A stretch of DNA of 61,125 nt, filler included, from Basidioascus undulatus (Eukaryota): NCBI GenBank assembly GCA_000826855.1. It is 5 parts of 5 records of this genome, joined end to end, with 100 filler letters (N's around TTAATTAATTAA, not from the genome) between each part and the next. Parts side by side here need not be neighbours in the genome. Positions count along the whole stretch, not along the records: positions 1 to 12,166 come from JTLS01000940.1; 4 more parts are not named here. The stretch is one strand, 5' to 3'. The notes beneath the pieces are model-generated. The model was given only the letters and a program-made list of their open reading frames with translations. It was not told where the DNA came from and did not search any database. The position numbers were made by a program, and so were the translations under genes. Below are positions 1 to 10,485 of this stretch, piece after piece. Position 1 is the stretch's first letter, and the number at the start of each line of letters is the position of its first letter.

Positions 1-240
1 TGGTGGGCGAGGTGGGGTGGGGCGGGGGTGTGAGAAGACTCGGTTTTGGGGAAGGTGGAAGGAAAGACACACAGTTTACCACCAAGCAGCTTCGCATTGA
101 GCGTGATCACGCACGACCCGATCGAGACGAGGCTGACGACGCCCGTGAATACTGCGAGGGACTGTTTTTCGGGAGCCTGGTGGGCGAGGTGGGGTGGGGC
201 GGGGGTGTGAGAAGACTCGGTTTTGGGGAAGGTGGAAGGA
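1..240. repeat. 63-bp exact direct repeat (1-63 and 178-240) forming the 3' portions of two consecutive Yip4 introns
   Basis: TGGTGGGCGAGGTGGGGTGGGGCGGGGGTGTGAGAAGACTCGGTTTTGGGGAAGGTGGAAGGA occurs identically at both positions. Confidence 0.9.
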
Positions 241-963
241 GGGAAAGGGATAGGGAAGGGGAACGGAGGAAGGGAGCGAAGACACACGTTGATGGAGAGG
301 AGGATGGCGAGTGCTAGACAGAGGATGAGCGGGCCCCAGAGGTCCCAGTCCTGCTCGGGGGAGACGGGAGGTCAGAAAGGTTGACGGAGGAAGGCTGTTA
401 GGTGGGGACAGGATGGGGGATGGGAATTGGAATGGGGAGAAGAGGAAGTGCGCACTTGGAGGACGTTCTCGTCTCGCGTCGGCCGGAGGACCTGGACGAT
501 CTTGGTCGATACCGCGCGGAGGTCGCGCATCTGCGGACCGGGGACCGCGTCTGAGCTGCCCATCAAGATACTCTACGCAAGAGGAGAAAGACACACGATC
601 GTAGCTGATACAGGTTCATCAAGCGTATTCACGCCGGAGTACCTTGTCTGTCCCCTCGCATCCCATCAGCATCTCCCTCTCCCCGCTCTCCAACCGACAC
701 ACCTCAGTCTGCACCCCGCCGAACCGCTCCCTCGTCGGACCATGTCCCTGACCCCCCGGCGCTGATCCAATGTTCCCCGAGGGCGCAGCGGACGGCGGCG
801 GGGCGGCGGCGGCGGACGGGGAGGGCGCGCCGAAGCCGGGGAGGTGCTCATCGTCGTCGTCGTCGTCCGCCTCGATGATACCCCCGCCGCTGTGGGCGGG
901 CGGGGAGACGGAGGAGACGAATGTGGATTGCGCGGTGTGCGGGGTGGGCGGGTCGGCGGACAT
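1..963 (-). CDS. YIP4: Yip1-domain Golgi membrane protein (Yip4/YIPF6-like), multi-exon, 3' end runs off the contig
   Basis: Spliced minus-strand translation from ATG at 963: ...TRYSGVNTLDEPVSATI / MRDLRAVSTKIVQVLRP / WDLWGPLILCLALAILLSIN / APEKQSLAVFTGVVSLVSIGSCVITLNAKLLGGK. TLDEP and WDLWGPL are Yip1-family motifs. Introns are GT-AG. Confidence 0.85.
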
Positions 964-1285
964 CGCTGTACGTTGGGATTCGGATTGATAGAGTGAGAGT
1001 ACGCTGGCTGGGACGTGACCGCACGACGCGACGGCGAGGCAGGCGTGCTTACGTAAAATATAGTGGTTTTCATAGAGATTGAAAGCAGCGCTTGAATTCG
1101 TGCAATTCGCGAAAGCCGGCCGGCGAAGCTCGGATCGGGAAGGGCGCCCTCTCGCTGCTGCTGCTCTTGCTCCTGCCGTCGTCGTTCTCTCTAACTCCGC
1201 GGGCCCTCTTCCTCCCACCCCCGCCCCCTAGCCCCCCTTCTCCTTCTCTCTCTCTCGACCAAAAATACAAAACACCAAAAAGGCC

Positions 1286-2076
1286 ATGTTCCGCCCCGCC
1301 CTCCTCCGCACCACCGCCCGCCGCGTCCCCTCCGCCGCCGCGCGCCGCCAGGCGTCCTCCAACGCCGGCGAGCAGGCGGGCAAGGCCGCTGAGTCCGCGC
1401 AGAAGGCCGTCGGCGCCGTGACGGCCAAGGCGTCTGAGCTTGCTGGCGCTCTGGGGAAGCGCGCTGAGGGGCTTCTGGGTGGTGAGTGCGACGTCTTCTT
1501 CGGGCTTCCCTTCCCCTTCGTCCTTCCCTCCCTCCTTCCTCCTCCTGCTCCTCCTCGCCTTCTTCCTCTCCTCTCTTGTCCCTTTCCTCTTTTAAGAGAA
1601 GCTGAAACGGAGGCTGATTGGGACCCCGCAGCCTACCGCGAGCCCGTGACCTACAACCTCTCCGTCTTGAAGGAGCTGCTCAAGCAGGTGTACGTGCGCG
1701 AGCGGCTCGCGCCGCCGCGCTCGCTCTCGGACGTCCTCTCCACGTACGCGTCCATCGGCGCGCGCGCGGCAAACCCGCAGTGGTGGGCCAAGGCCTGGAG
1801 CGAGGGCGCCCTCCTGTCCGCTGGCGTCGTCGCCCTCGAGGCGTACGGCATCTTCAAGGTCCGTCCCCTATCGTCGCTTTTCTTTATTCCCTTCCCTTCG
1901 CCTTGCTCTTTCCCCTCTCCTCCCCGTTTCCCTTCCTTCTCCCATTTTCGTGCTCTATTCTTTGCTTCCGGTCCGGTCCTCATTGACCTTCCTCCTTTTC
2001 GCGTCCCCAGCTCGGCGAGATCGTGGGCAAGAGGCGTCTGGTCGGCTACGCCCCGAAGGAGGACGCGCACCATTAG
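1286..2076 (+). CDS. ATP20: Mitochondrial F1Fo ATP synthase subunit g; exons 1286-1481, 1632-1858, 2011-2076
   Basis: Arg/Ala-rich mitochondrial presequence, then YREPVTYNLSVLKELLKQVYVRERLAPP ... VALEAYGIFK/LGEIVGKRRLVGY, matching the subunit g GEIIGRR..VGY signature. Splice sites are canonical and in frame. Confidence 0.92.
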
Positions 2077-2910
2077 AGGCGACCGATCGGGCTGGCAGGG
2101 GTTGGTAGGGAAACTTCTATTTGTACAGGGAGAGAGGGAAGGGAGGTGGGACCGGAACCATATCCTGCATCCTGCATCGTGCTTCTCGATCGTGCTTCGC
2201 TTCATGTGTCTCCGCCGCTCACTCAACCCGCAAGCGCACGGTCGTATTCGACCGACGGCACGCATCCCTCGATCCACGGCCTGCAGATGGTACTCACGAA
2301 CAGGTGTACCGGACGTTCACGTTCTCTCGCTCGGTCGCTCACTCACCTACCAACTGCCCTGCCCTCGCATCTCCACGTCGCGTTGGCGTCCTCCCCAACC
2401 TCGACGTCATAGATCACTCAGCTAGATATGCACTGATACGGCGCGTGCACCGGCCGCGTTCCTCCCGACCGACTGCACACGCAGACGTGGAGGAACTAGT
2501 TAACAGACAAGACAGACTGGCCGACCGCCCGATCCATCCGTTCCAACTCGGTCCTCTCGCCCTACGCCGCCGCTCGCCCGCGCTCCGTGCAACGGTGCGT
2601 CGTCTTGCGTGCGATGACTACTCCGGCGCCCAGACAAACACGGTTGGTGCGTCTTCCGGGCCACGCACTACCAGTCGGAACGCGTGTAGATAAGCCCGTA
2701 AACAATCATTGATGTCGACTTGTTCGGAGCAAAGTAAGCCATGCATATTGACCGCATAGCGACAGTACACAGCCATTCACCATGTGGCTCCGCGCCGTGT
2801 GTTAACTGGCTTGTGGATCGCGACGCGCCAGTCCTTCGACCATTCTCCTCCCCGCACCGCGGCGAAACCAACAAATCTGCGCTGGCGCGGGGACGGTTCT
2901 TCTCTTTGCT

Positions 2911-3834
2911 TTACCGTGCTTCCCCCGCTGTCCGCAGGAACGGCGTAAGCGGTCGCCGTGTCCCCGGGCATTCGTCGTCCCCCCACACCCACTCCCCTGC
3001 CAACAACTTTCTCTGCTGTGTGCCTTGCATTACATGCAGACGTTCATCCATACTCTTGAACTTTTTAACCGATAGCCTCATATGACGCGCGGCTTCTTCC
3101 ACCGCAGCAAGCTTCAGCTTCGCCCATGCTACCGCCTCCTGAGCCGTCGCCTTGGGGTCCATCCTGCAGCACGCCTCCGACAACCACGCCATAGGGCCTA
3201 CAAACCGCGGATGTTTGCCCTCCAAGCACGCATCAATACGCTCGTCGTCGCTGGACCCATCAACGCTCATGCCGGTCATGAGCTCGAACATGGTCACACC
3301 AAGAGCGTACATCTCCGATTTGGGCGTGTAGGGACATCGTGTGCGCCAGAGCTCCGGGGCCGCCCAGCCGGGGTTCCCCCCCACATCCATCTGCCACAGG
3401 CGTCGGGGGCTCGTGCCGCCGGGCGTGAGAATCCCCCCCCGGTCGAAGTTGATCAGGACGAGCGAGCGTGAGTCCTCCTCAACATGATGTTGTACGACTT
3501 GAGGTCGCCGTATGTGACACCGCGGGTGTGGATGTGCGCGATGACTTCGCAGATCGCGACGACCCATTCGCAGCGCTGCTTGACGCCCTTCGGGCCTTGC
3601 GTGGACTTGAGCGTGTCGAAGATGGATATATCGTAGCGCTGCATGACGAATCCCTGCGGTAGTGGGCGGAGAACTCGGACGAGATGGGGATGAGGCGGGA
3701 TTGCGGTGAGAACTGAGTATTCGTGCTTGGCCCGCCAGCCGGTCTTAAAGACCTCCTGGCCGTGAAACCGCAGCTTGTGTAGAGAAGAGAGGAAGGGGAC
3801 TTGAGAACGAAGACGTCGTCAGAGGGACGGTCAT
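2911..3834 (-). pseudogene. Divergent protein kinase-like gene, frameshifted
   Basis: EVFKTG...HEYSVL...HPHLVRV...HIHTRGVTYGDLKSYNIML in one frame. It continues in another frame as LVLINFD...GNPGWAAPEL...YTPKSEMYALGVTMFELMTG. A second frameshift lies near 3800-3830. Confidence 0.7.
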
Positions 3835-5077
3835 TTCGATCGAGGATACAGGGTGAAAGCAAACGAAGAGGTGGAGGAAGACTGAAAGAGTAGAGTCGGA
3901 AGCAAGAACGAAATGCTGTCCACGTCGGAAGACTGGGAACGTGGAAGGAGGCTGTGCGCGCTGCTCTACTCGTACTGAAAGTAACAAGACTTTTGAAGTA
4001 GATTAATAAAAGTAAGCGGTTACGAGTGACTCTGCTGATATAGCGTTTGAGGGCCGAATACCATCACCCCAGCGAGCCTGTAGCCAATTCGAAATACCAG
4101 TGTCATGACGTGGGGTTTTAGGCTCTATATCCCACAGAAGACTCCAATAGATTAGCTTAATGATATACGCCACGGACATTTGTGAAGCGATTAGACCGAT
4201 CTTTTACCGTCCTCTGCGTACAAACTGCCCTGACTTGAGCCCATTTGATGTATCACCATCACTGTATACCCCTCCACAAAAGACAGCATTTTCAAAGACG
4301 GCAACAGCGGAAGTTGTGAACCCCTTGTTCCATTGGGGCAAAGGCGTCGGTACTGATGCATGCAAGCTGCTCCGCTGTGCATGCAATACTCAAATACAAG
4401 GTGGCTGGGAAACCAGCACCGCAACGAAACATCACATTGAAAGGATTCATAGGAGTTCCGTCGGGCCTTCCCTGACCACATTGACGTCGTAAGTTTAAGT
4501 TTATTCAGATTGTAAGAAAACTTCTTAACTGTGCGGAGGCTGACATAGCTGGGGCGGTCAAACACAGCGCGCCCGGTGTTCAGGGCGTTTGGGAATCCTC
4601 CCTCGTCGCACGCTGGCTTTGGAACCTGCACATTTCACTGCGGGGCTGGATGGATGAAAAGCCGTATTCAACTCGATCAGACTTCTCAGGCCCCCTATGC
4701 GCTAGCTGCGCGCCCACATCGGCGTGCAACCAACGCCGACCAGAAGTGAAGCAATGGCCGAGCTCCCCTGGAGCTCTCAATCGATCAGAGGATACCAGAA
4801 GGGGATAGTGTCTACTTATACATCAACTTGAAAACGCGTCAATCAAATAACAGGGACATAAGAAGCGGGCAGGCACCGGGCAGCTGGGTAACGAAGGCAG
4901 GAATTGGTAGGAGAGGGTGGGTGGGTCACTAGGACGGGTAAAGAAGGAGAGATGCATTGCATTGAGTGATGGGACGAAGGAAAGTGGGAAGGAAGGAATG
5001 TGTGGGGGAGGGTGGGTGGTCGGGTAACGATGTTGGGCGGGTGCGGCATAGGCGGGCGGAGGGGGTCGAGCGGCGGA

Positions 5078-6255
5078 TCACAAGATGACGCATTTCCTCC
5101 GCGTCGATCCTCTCCTTCTCCACCGCTCCGCCCCGAGCGCGCTTCCGCTCGCGACGACCCTCCTTGCGGCCTCCTCGAACGCCTCCTCGACATTCACGCG
5201 CATCTTTGCGCTCGTCTCGAAGAAGGGGACGCCGTCCCACACTGAACGTCCGGCGGGTTGTGATTGGAGGGCGGGGGAGGAGGAGGAGGCGGAGCGGGCA
5301 GAGAGCGGGATGGAGGAGGGGTTGAAGGGGGACGGGAAGGCGCGCTCGAAGATCAGGTCGGACTTGTTCCCTGCTAGGACCATCGGTAGCTGGGCGACGG
5401 GAACAGCCCAGTCAGGTTCCGAGGCAGGACGTGGGGATGGGTAGTAGGCGGGGCGCACGGGTTTGGATCGATCATACTCCTTTATCCGAGCGATGTCTTC
5501 CATGATGGGACCAAGATCGCGGAAGGTAGAGAGGTTGTTGAGCGCAAAGACGAGGACGAAGCCGTGCGCATGTCGGATATGCGACTCGCGTAGGGAGACC
5601 ATTTGCTCGACTCTGAAACCATCGTAACCACCGTCAAGAGAGCGTCAGCTAGGGTGTTGGGGAACAGGAGGGTCGGGGGCGGCCCGACGCACCCTGCCGT
5701 ATCGGTGATCTCTAACCGGAATCGGTCCGAGTCGATGGTCCGCTCTGCGGTGTACGCATCCTCGACAGTCGGATCACTACACAGCTCTCACCCAGTCCCG
5801 TCAGTTTGCTCATTCATGGCATGAGGAGCGCAGGGATTCAGTGTTGGGATGAGAGTAGATGGACGCACTAGCTCTCGAAGTATGCGCCCGTTACAAACCG
5901 CACAGTCTGTCGCGATGGGGAAATCCGAAGAGTGATGAGCGTTCCCGGGTCCGACGACTCAGTTCACGATCCCAAAGGGTGCAGTACGGAGAGCGAGACC
6001 CAAGAAAAAGAAGAGAGTGCAACCGCGACATCGCAATGCAAGCCGCTGACGCCTCCTCCTTCTTCCTTGCAAAATCATCTCCCAAATCTCTCTCTGATCA
6101 TGATGAACCGCAGGCAGCTTGACCACTCACCATACACGACTTCCCCACTCCTCCCGCTTTCCTCCGCACAAGCCCCGCGATCAGCCGGGCCAGGACATGA
6201 AGGAATAGCCGGAGGACGCACCTCCGAGCACGCAGAGCCTGATCGTGCGCAACAT
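5078..6255 (-). CDS. RSR1: Ras-family small GTPase, Rap/Rsr1-like, multi-exon with a 26-nt P-loop exon at 6131-6156
   Basis: Spliced: MLRTIRLCVLG/AGGVGKSCM/TVRFVTGAYFESY/DPTVED...EITDTAG/VEQMVSLRE...LAGNKSDL...FFETSAK...KCVIL*. G1-G5 boxes and a CaaX end are present. Confidence 0.88.
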
Positions 6256-8468
6256 CGCGGGGTTGGGCGTACGGCGGTCTACCGCGCAGAGATTCGAGGA
6301 GAAGGAGGTGATGAAGGTGAGGAGGAGAGCGGCGCAGGGGCGAAGGGGCCGAGGAAGACAGTCGTGGAAGTTGAATTGGGAGTGTGCGTGCGTGCCTGTG
6401 CGCGAGAAGAGCCCGCGACGGTCGGCGAGTGTAATTCAGAGCCCCGGACGCGCGCACGTGCGAATTGCTGAAAGCGCAAAGAAAGGGACACTGTCTGGAA
6501 ATCAGACTGCATCTGGGAAGACGTGCAGAAATGCACAGAACATGTAGATGCTGCGCTTTTCAAGCATATCGATATGAGGGAACGCTGGACAGTTAGTGGG
6601 TGTCTGCCCCACAATAGGAGTCCCATAATAGGGTCCTTTCGGTACCTGGCTCAATATGCATGCGCCATTTTGCGCGACGGAGACTTGTTCTTGCCTTGTT
6701 CAGTGCTGTTCTCCTGTGGGAAGGGCACGGAAGTTTGCCTCTTTCATAGGGCCATGTGTTCATGGATCCGGTATGGAGAGTTGTTACAGATCGGCATGAC
6801 CCTCTTGCTCTCACCCGGCCGGCAACACGCAGAAAGACGTAGACGTGCAGTGTATTTCAGACCAGTGAAAACGGTCAGGAACCTCCACACCAAGGGCACT
6901 TTCCTATCCTGTCCGCAGGCCTCGTCCACTCCCGTCCAATATGGCCGCATTGAAGAGCCTCCGCCCAATCTCCAATTGCAGCGTGAAGGCATAAAGCCCG
7001 GAGTGTGCTTTGTCAGTAACAACTGTACCGATCCGATGGGTCGTGAGATCTAATTCTAGACTGATCCACCAGAAAAGCTTGGATGAGTGGAGATCTTGGG
7101 AGACCGAACAGCACAGGAGCATTGCGAGACGTGTAAAGGCCAGCGAGAAGCGCTAGGATGCACTCACGAGCAGTGCGTATAAATGTATTGATGATCATTG
7201 TAGGTTTAAGCATACTCTGAGAAGACGACTAAGAAGCTTGATGCGCATGAGGTCCGCCTTCCTGACGGAGAGCTTGCGGGAACCTCGGGCGACGTTGGCC
7301 GACGTCGCCCTCCGTGCACACAGACACGACACTATCGTCTTTCTAACCGCTGTCAATCAAATTCACTCAGGCTTTGGATCTTCTTGACCTCTGGTACTTC
7401 AAGATAATTCTAGTGAAAGGCTGGGGAATGCCATGCTGGCCACACCAGGGCGGGCAACACATATGCGGACTGTGTTGCGACATTCGGAAAAGAGGAAGAT
7501 TCTGTGATACATACGAAAATTAAACAAGCAATTCCGATGCAGGATACGACCCTCTAGCTGCACAATTTGCCCAGTGCTGTCTCACTCCTCAGCAGCCGGC
7601 GACGACAGTTGTCCTCGCGCAGAGTGCTGCATACTGCAACCCTATTTATATTCAGCAAAGGACTCGGATCTCACCAATGTCTTCAATGAAACATTCTGTT
7701 CCTCGCTGCACTGCGTAACCATCGGCAGGGGCTCCCATTCACGCGCTGAACATCGTGCACATACACGTAAGTTACACATACGTGCACTCGAGCAGCGTCT
7801 CACCCCTAAACGTACGGTCCCTCACCCGCTCTTTTACCACACCCTACTATTATATATCTCACAGATACACGCCGTACTCACCCACCCGTATCTCGCGTCC
7901 CGCCGCCAGCCTTCTCAAACTGCGCACACACCCAGGCCGACCTCGATTGAATACCGCATCGGACAGGTGATGTAACTGAGATACTTAGAGTAAAATTCCA
8001 GATACATACTCAAGTGACGAGGAAGTCGGCCGGGGGGAAGATTGTTGCCAGTTGGGTGTTGGGAGTGTGCTTCACAAGGCGCAGGCTACAATGCAGAAGA
8101 GGTGCAGTAAGCCACTCCGACACTGAGTGATGTTTCGCTCTCACCTTGAGCAGAAGCGCAATAAATTGAAAATAGGGGGCGGGGGGGGGGAGGCTTTTAA
8201 TCCGGGACGCGTTCAGGTTTCGCTGGCAGTAAAACTCCGCAAGTTTACTGTCTGGGTGATGATAGGGTGTGGTGAAAGTGGGCATTGGGAAAAGGAACAC
8301 AACATTTGGTGGGCAAACCTGTCAATATTCGACAACCCAATTTGCCCACTGAATGCTGAAGCTAAAAATGCATGATCATCTCTGTCGGGCTTCCTGCCGA
8401 GCTATTTGAAACGTGAAAGAAAAATCGAATTTTGATTGCCGTCCTCATTAATCTGATGGACAGCCGAT

Positions 8469-8540
8469 TACCAAAGGTTGCGCGTTCGAGTCGCGTACCG
8501 GTCGGGCCGGTTGGCGCAATGGCAGCGCGTTGGTCTTCGG
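8469..8540 (+). tRNA. Circularly permuted tRNA-Arg(UCG): 3' half (positions 38-73) at 8469-8504, then 5' half (positions 1-37) at 8505-8540
   Basis: 3' half: T ACCAA AGGTT GCGCG TTCGAGT CGCGT ACCGGTC G. 5' half: GGCCGGT TG GCGC AATGGCA GCGC G TTGGT CT TCG G. All four stems pair when the halves are swapped. Confidence 0.88.
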
Positions 8541-8545
8541 TTTTT
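8541..8545 (+). terminator. Putative RNA polymerase III terminator (T5) directly after tRNA position 37
   Basis: TTTTT immediately follows ...CTTCGG. Confidence 0.6.
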
Positions 8546-8849
8546 GCTCCTTAATTTTTCCCCCACTTAAAGTGGGATAGTAGTTTTCGTTAGTAGTTAT
8601 CGGAGTGTACAGCTCAGAGATACATTATTGGTCCCCTGGTGAAGAAGCTGTTCAGCCTGGGGAATTCATTAGAAAGACTTGTCGTTTGTGGTCGGCCCGT
8701 TCCACGTTCAATTCGAACCTAGTCACTCAATGGTGACCCTCTTTGGAAGCTCTGTGACGACTGCATGTATCTCTCGACTTGTCTATAGCTCGAGGACACC
8801 CATATTCTACATCGTTCCCCCTATCCATATAATACCGCATAAGCAAAGT

Positions 8850-9806
8850 CCAGATGCTCTTCATGAAGACTTCCCCGCGGAGGACGCCGACCTGGTGTTG
8901 GTATCGTCCCATGGTATAGCTTTCAAGGTAAGTACCGAGCCCCGTTGCTCGCTGAAGCACGAATCGAGAGTGATTCCGGTGGAATAAGGTCCATCGCGAC
9001 TACCTCAGAGCGGCCTCGTCCGTCTTCAACGACATGTTTTCCATGCCGTCCCCAGAGGCTCCTTCCCCCTCGACAATGTCGCTGGACGCACCCTCTCTCG
9101 AGCTCACGGAGACGTCCGACGTCCTAGCCTGCGTCCTTCGCTTCATCTATCAAGGCCTTATCGATTTACCAGGTCTTCTCGAGCCCTTCTCTCTCACTCC
9201 TGCGGGGTGGGCGGACCTCGCCAGCGCAGTTGATGTCTCCCGCGCCGGGGAGAACGTGTCCCTGTACCTTTTCGGCCTCCACGCCGAGCAGAGGGACGAG
9301 CCGGGGGTAGTTCACCGAGTATTCGCCTGCGCCGCCCTCGCAGGATGCACACGCTCGCCCGCATCGCTTTGCGCCGGCCGCCCAAGCATGGGGGCATCCT
9401 CCTGGTCGACCGGTTCTGAGAGATCTGGCGTGACGCGCTGCCCACGTCGTACCTCCTCGGGCTGCATCAATTTCACACCCTGCACGCGGCATTCTTCGGC
9501 GATCTCCACGCGGACGACTCGACCTGCGTCTGAACCGCAGTGGACTCCGAGCATGTCCTGGCGGTCTGGACACGCGTCAAGGGGCGGCTCGCGCTGGTCC
9601 TCGAGCCTGTGGGGCTGTCGTTCAGCCGGGAGGAAAAGGAGGCGGGGAAGCCGCAGTTGGAGATTGAGGGCCAGCTTCCGGAGGCGCGTAACTTGGGGCT
9701 TCGCCAGCTGCTGTTGGTGTCACGAGGGAGTTTTGGCGGCGGTGGCAGGAACTTCTGTCGGAGGTGCAGGTCAAATGAAGAGCTCATTGAAGCTTGTGGG
9801 ATGTAG
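8850..9806 (+). pseudogene. BTB/POZ-domain protein, probably degraded in its 3' part; start uncertain
   Basis: DADLVLVSSHGIAFK/(intron 8928-8988)/VHRDYLRAASSVFNDMFSMP...LELTETSDVLACVLRFIY is a typical fungal BTB domain. The downstream coding-like sequence shifts frame and has an in-frame TGA near 9531. Confidence 0.65.
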
Positions 9807-10485
9807 TTATTCTTTAATCTACTACCGTAGCTTGGGCAATGAGCATGCTGCATCTCGACACCGAGTTTCGGATCCTTGAAATTGACTGCAGCCAGCGCAC
9901 CGTTTCGCGCTGCAGACCGCAGGATGCTAGGTGATTATGAGCTGCCACCGTAACGTGTGCATCCATTACCCTTGTACATAAGTGCCTTACATTCAGTAAG
10001 AACTCAAGACTGAGGAAAGTCTGCCATCGACGATCGTGAGGCAACCGAGATGACTATCTGCCTCACCCGGAGATCTTGAACCTCTATCGTATGTCCACAG
10101 AATCTGAAGAAGATTGAAGTGACTTGTAGTCTTCGGGATCATGGAAGAGGGAGGGACGAGGGGTCCGCAATGCTGCTCAGCTTAGTGGCAGTCAAGGTGA
10201 AAGGGTGGCGAAGGCCAGCCTGTCCAAACGGGCAGTCTTTCGCTCTTCGGTCTGAGACTGGCCACCTCCAGAGTATATAGACGGTGTATGTTATGGTTTA
10301 TCAAAATCTACAAAGTTATGCCTGTTGGACTTGCACGCAGCCGGCAACTTGCTGCTTTTTGACAACGTACGACGGGCCCGCTCTAGTACTACTACACCTA
10401 GCCGAGCGTGACCTCAATCCGCGACCGACGCGCCTTCCCTCCTTGCCATCAACCTCGCTCTCCTTGAAAGCTCAGCTCGCCCAGC

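Noticed and set aside
5891..6085. Ras GTPase apparently lacking a P-loop if started at MSRLHSLLFLG
   Set aside because: The true start is at 6255 and GAGGVGKS is supplied by the exon at 6131-6156; this ORF is mostly intronic.
8541..8730. Conventional intron-containing reading of the tRNA, with a 3' half downstream
   Set aside because: No ACCAA, T arm or ACCGG acceptor strand occurs downstream, and T5 would terminate Pol III. The matching half is upstream.
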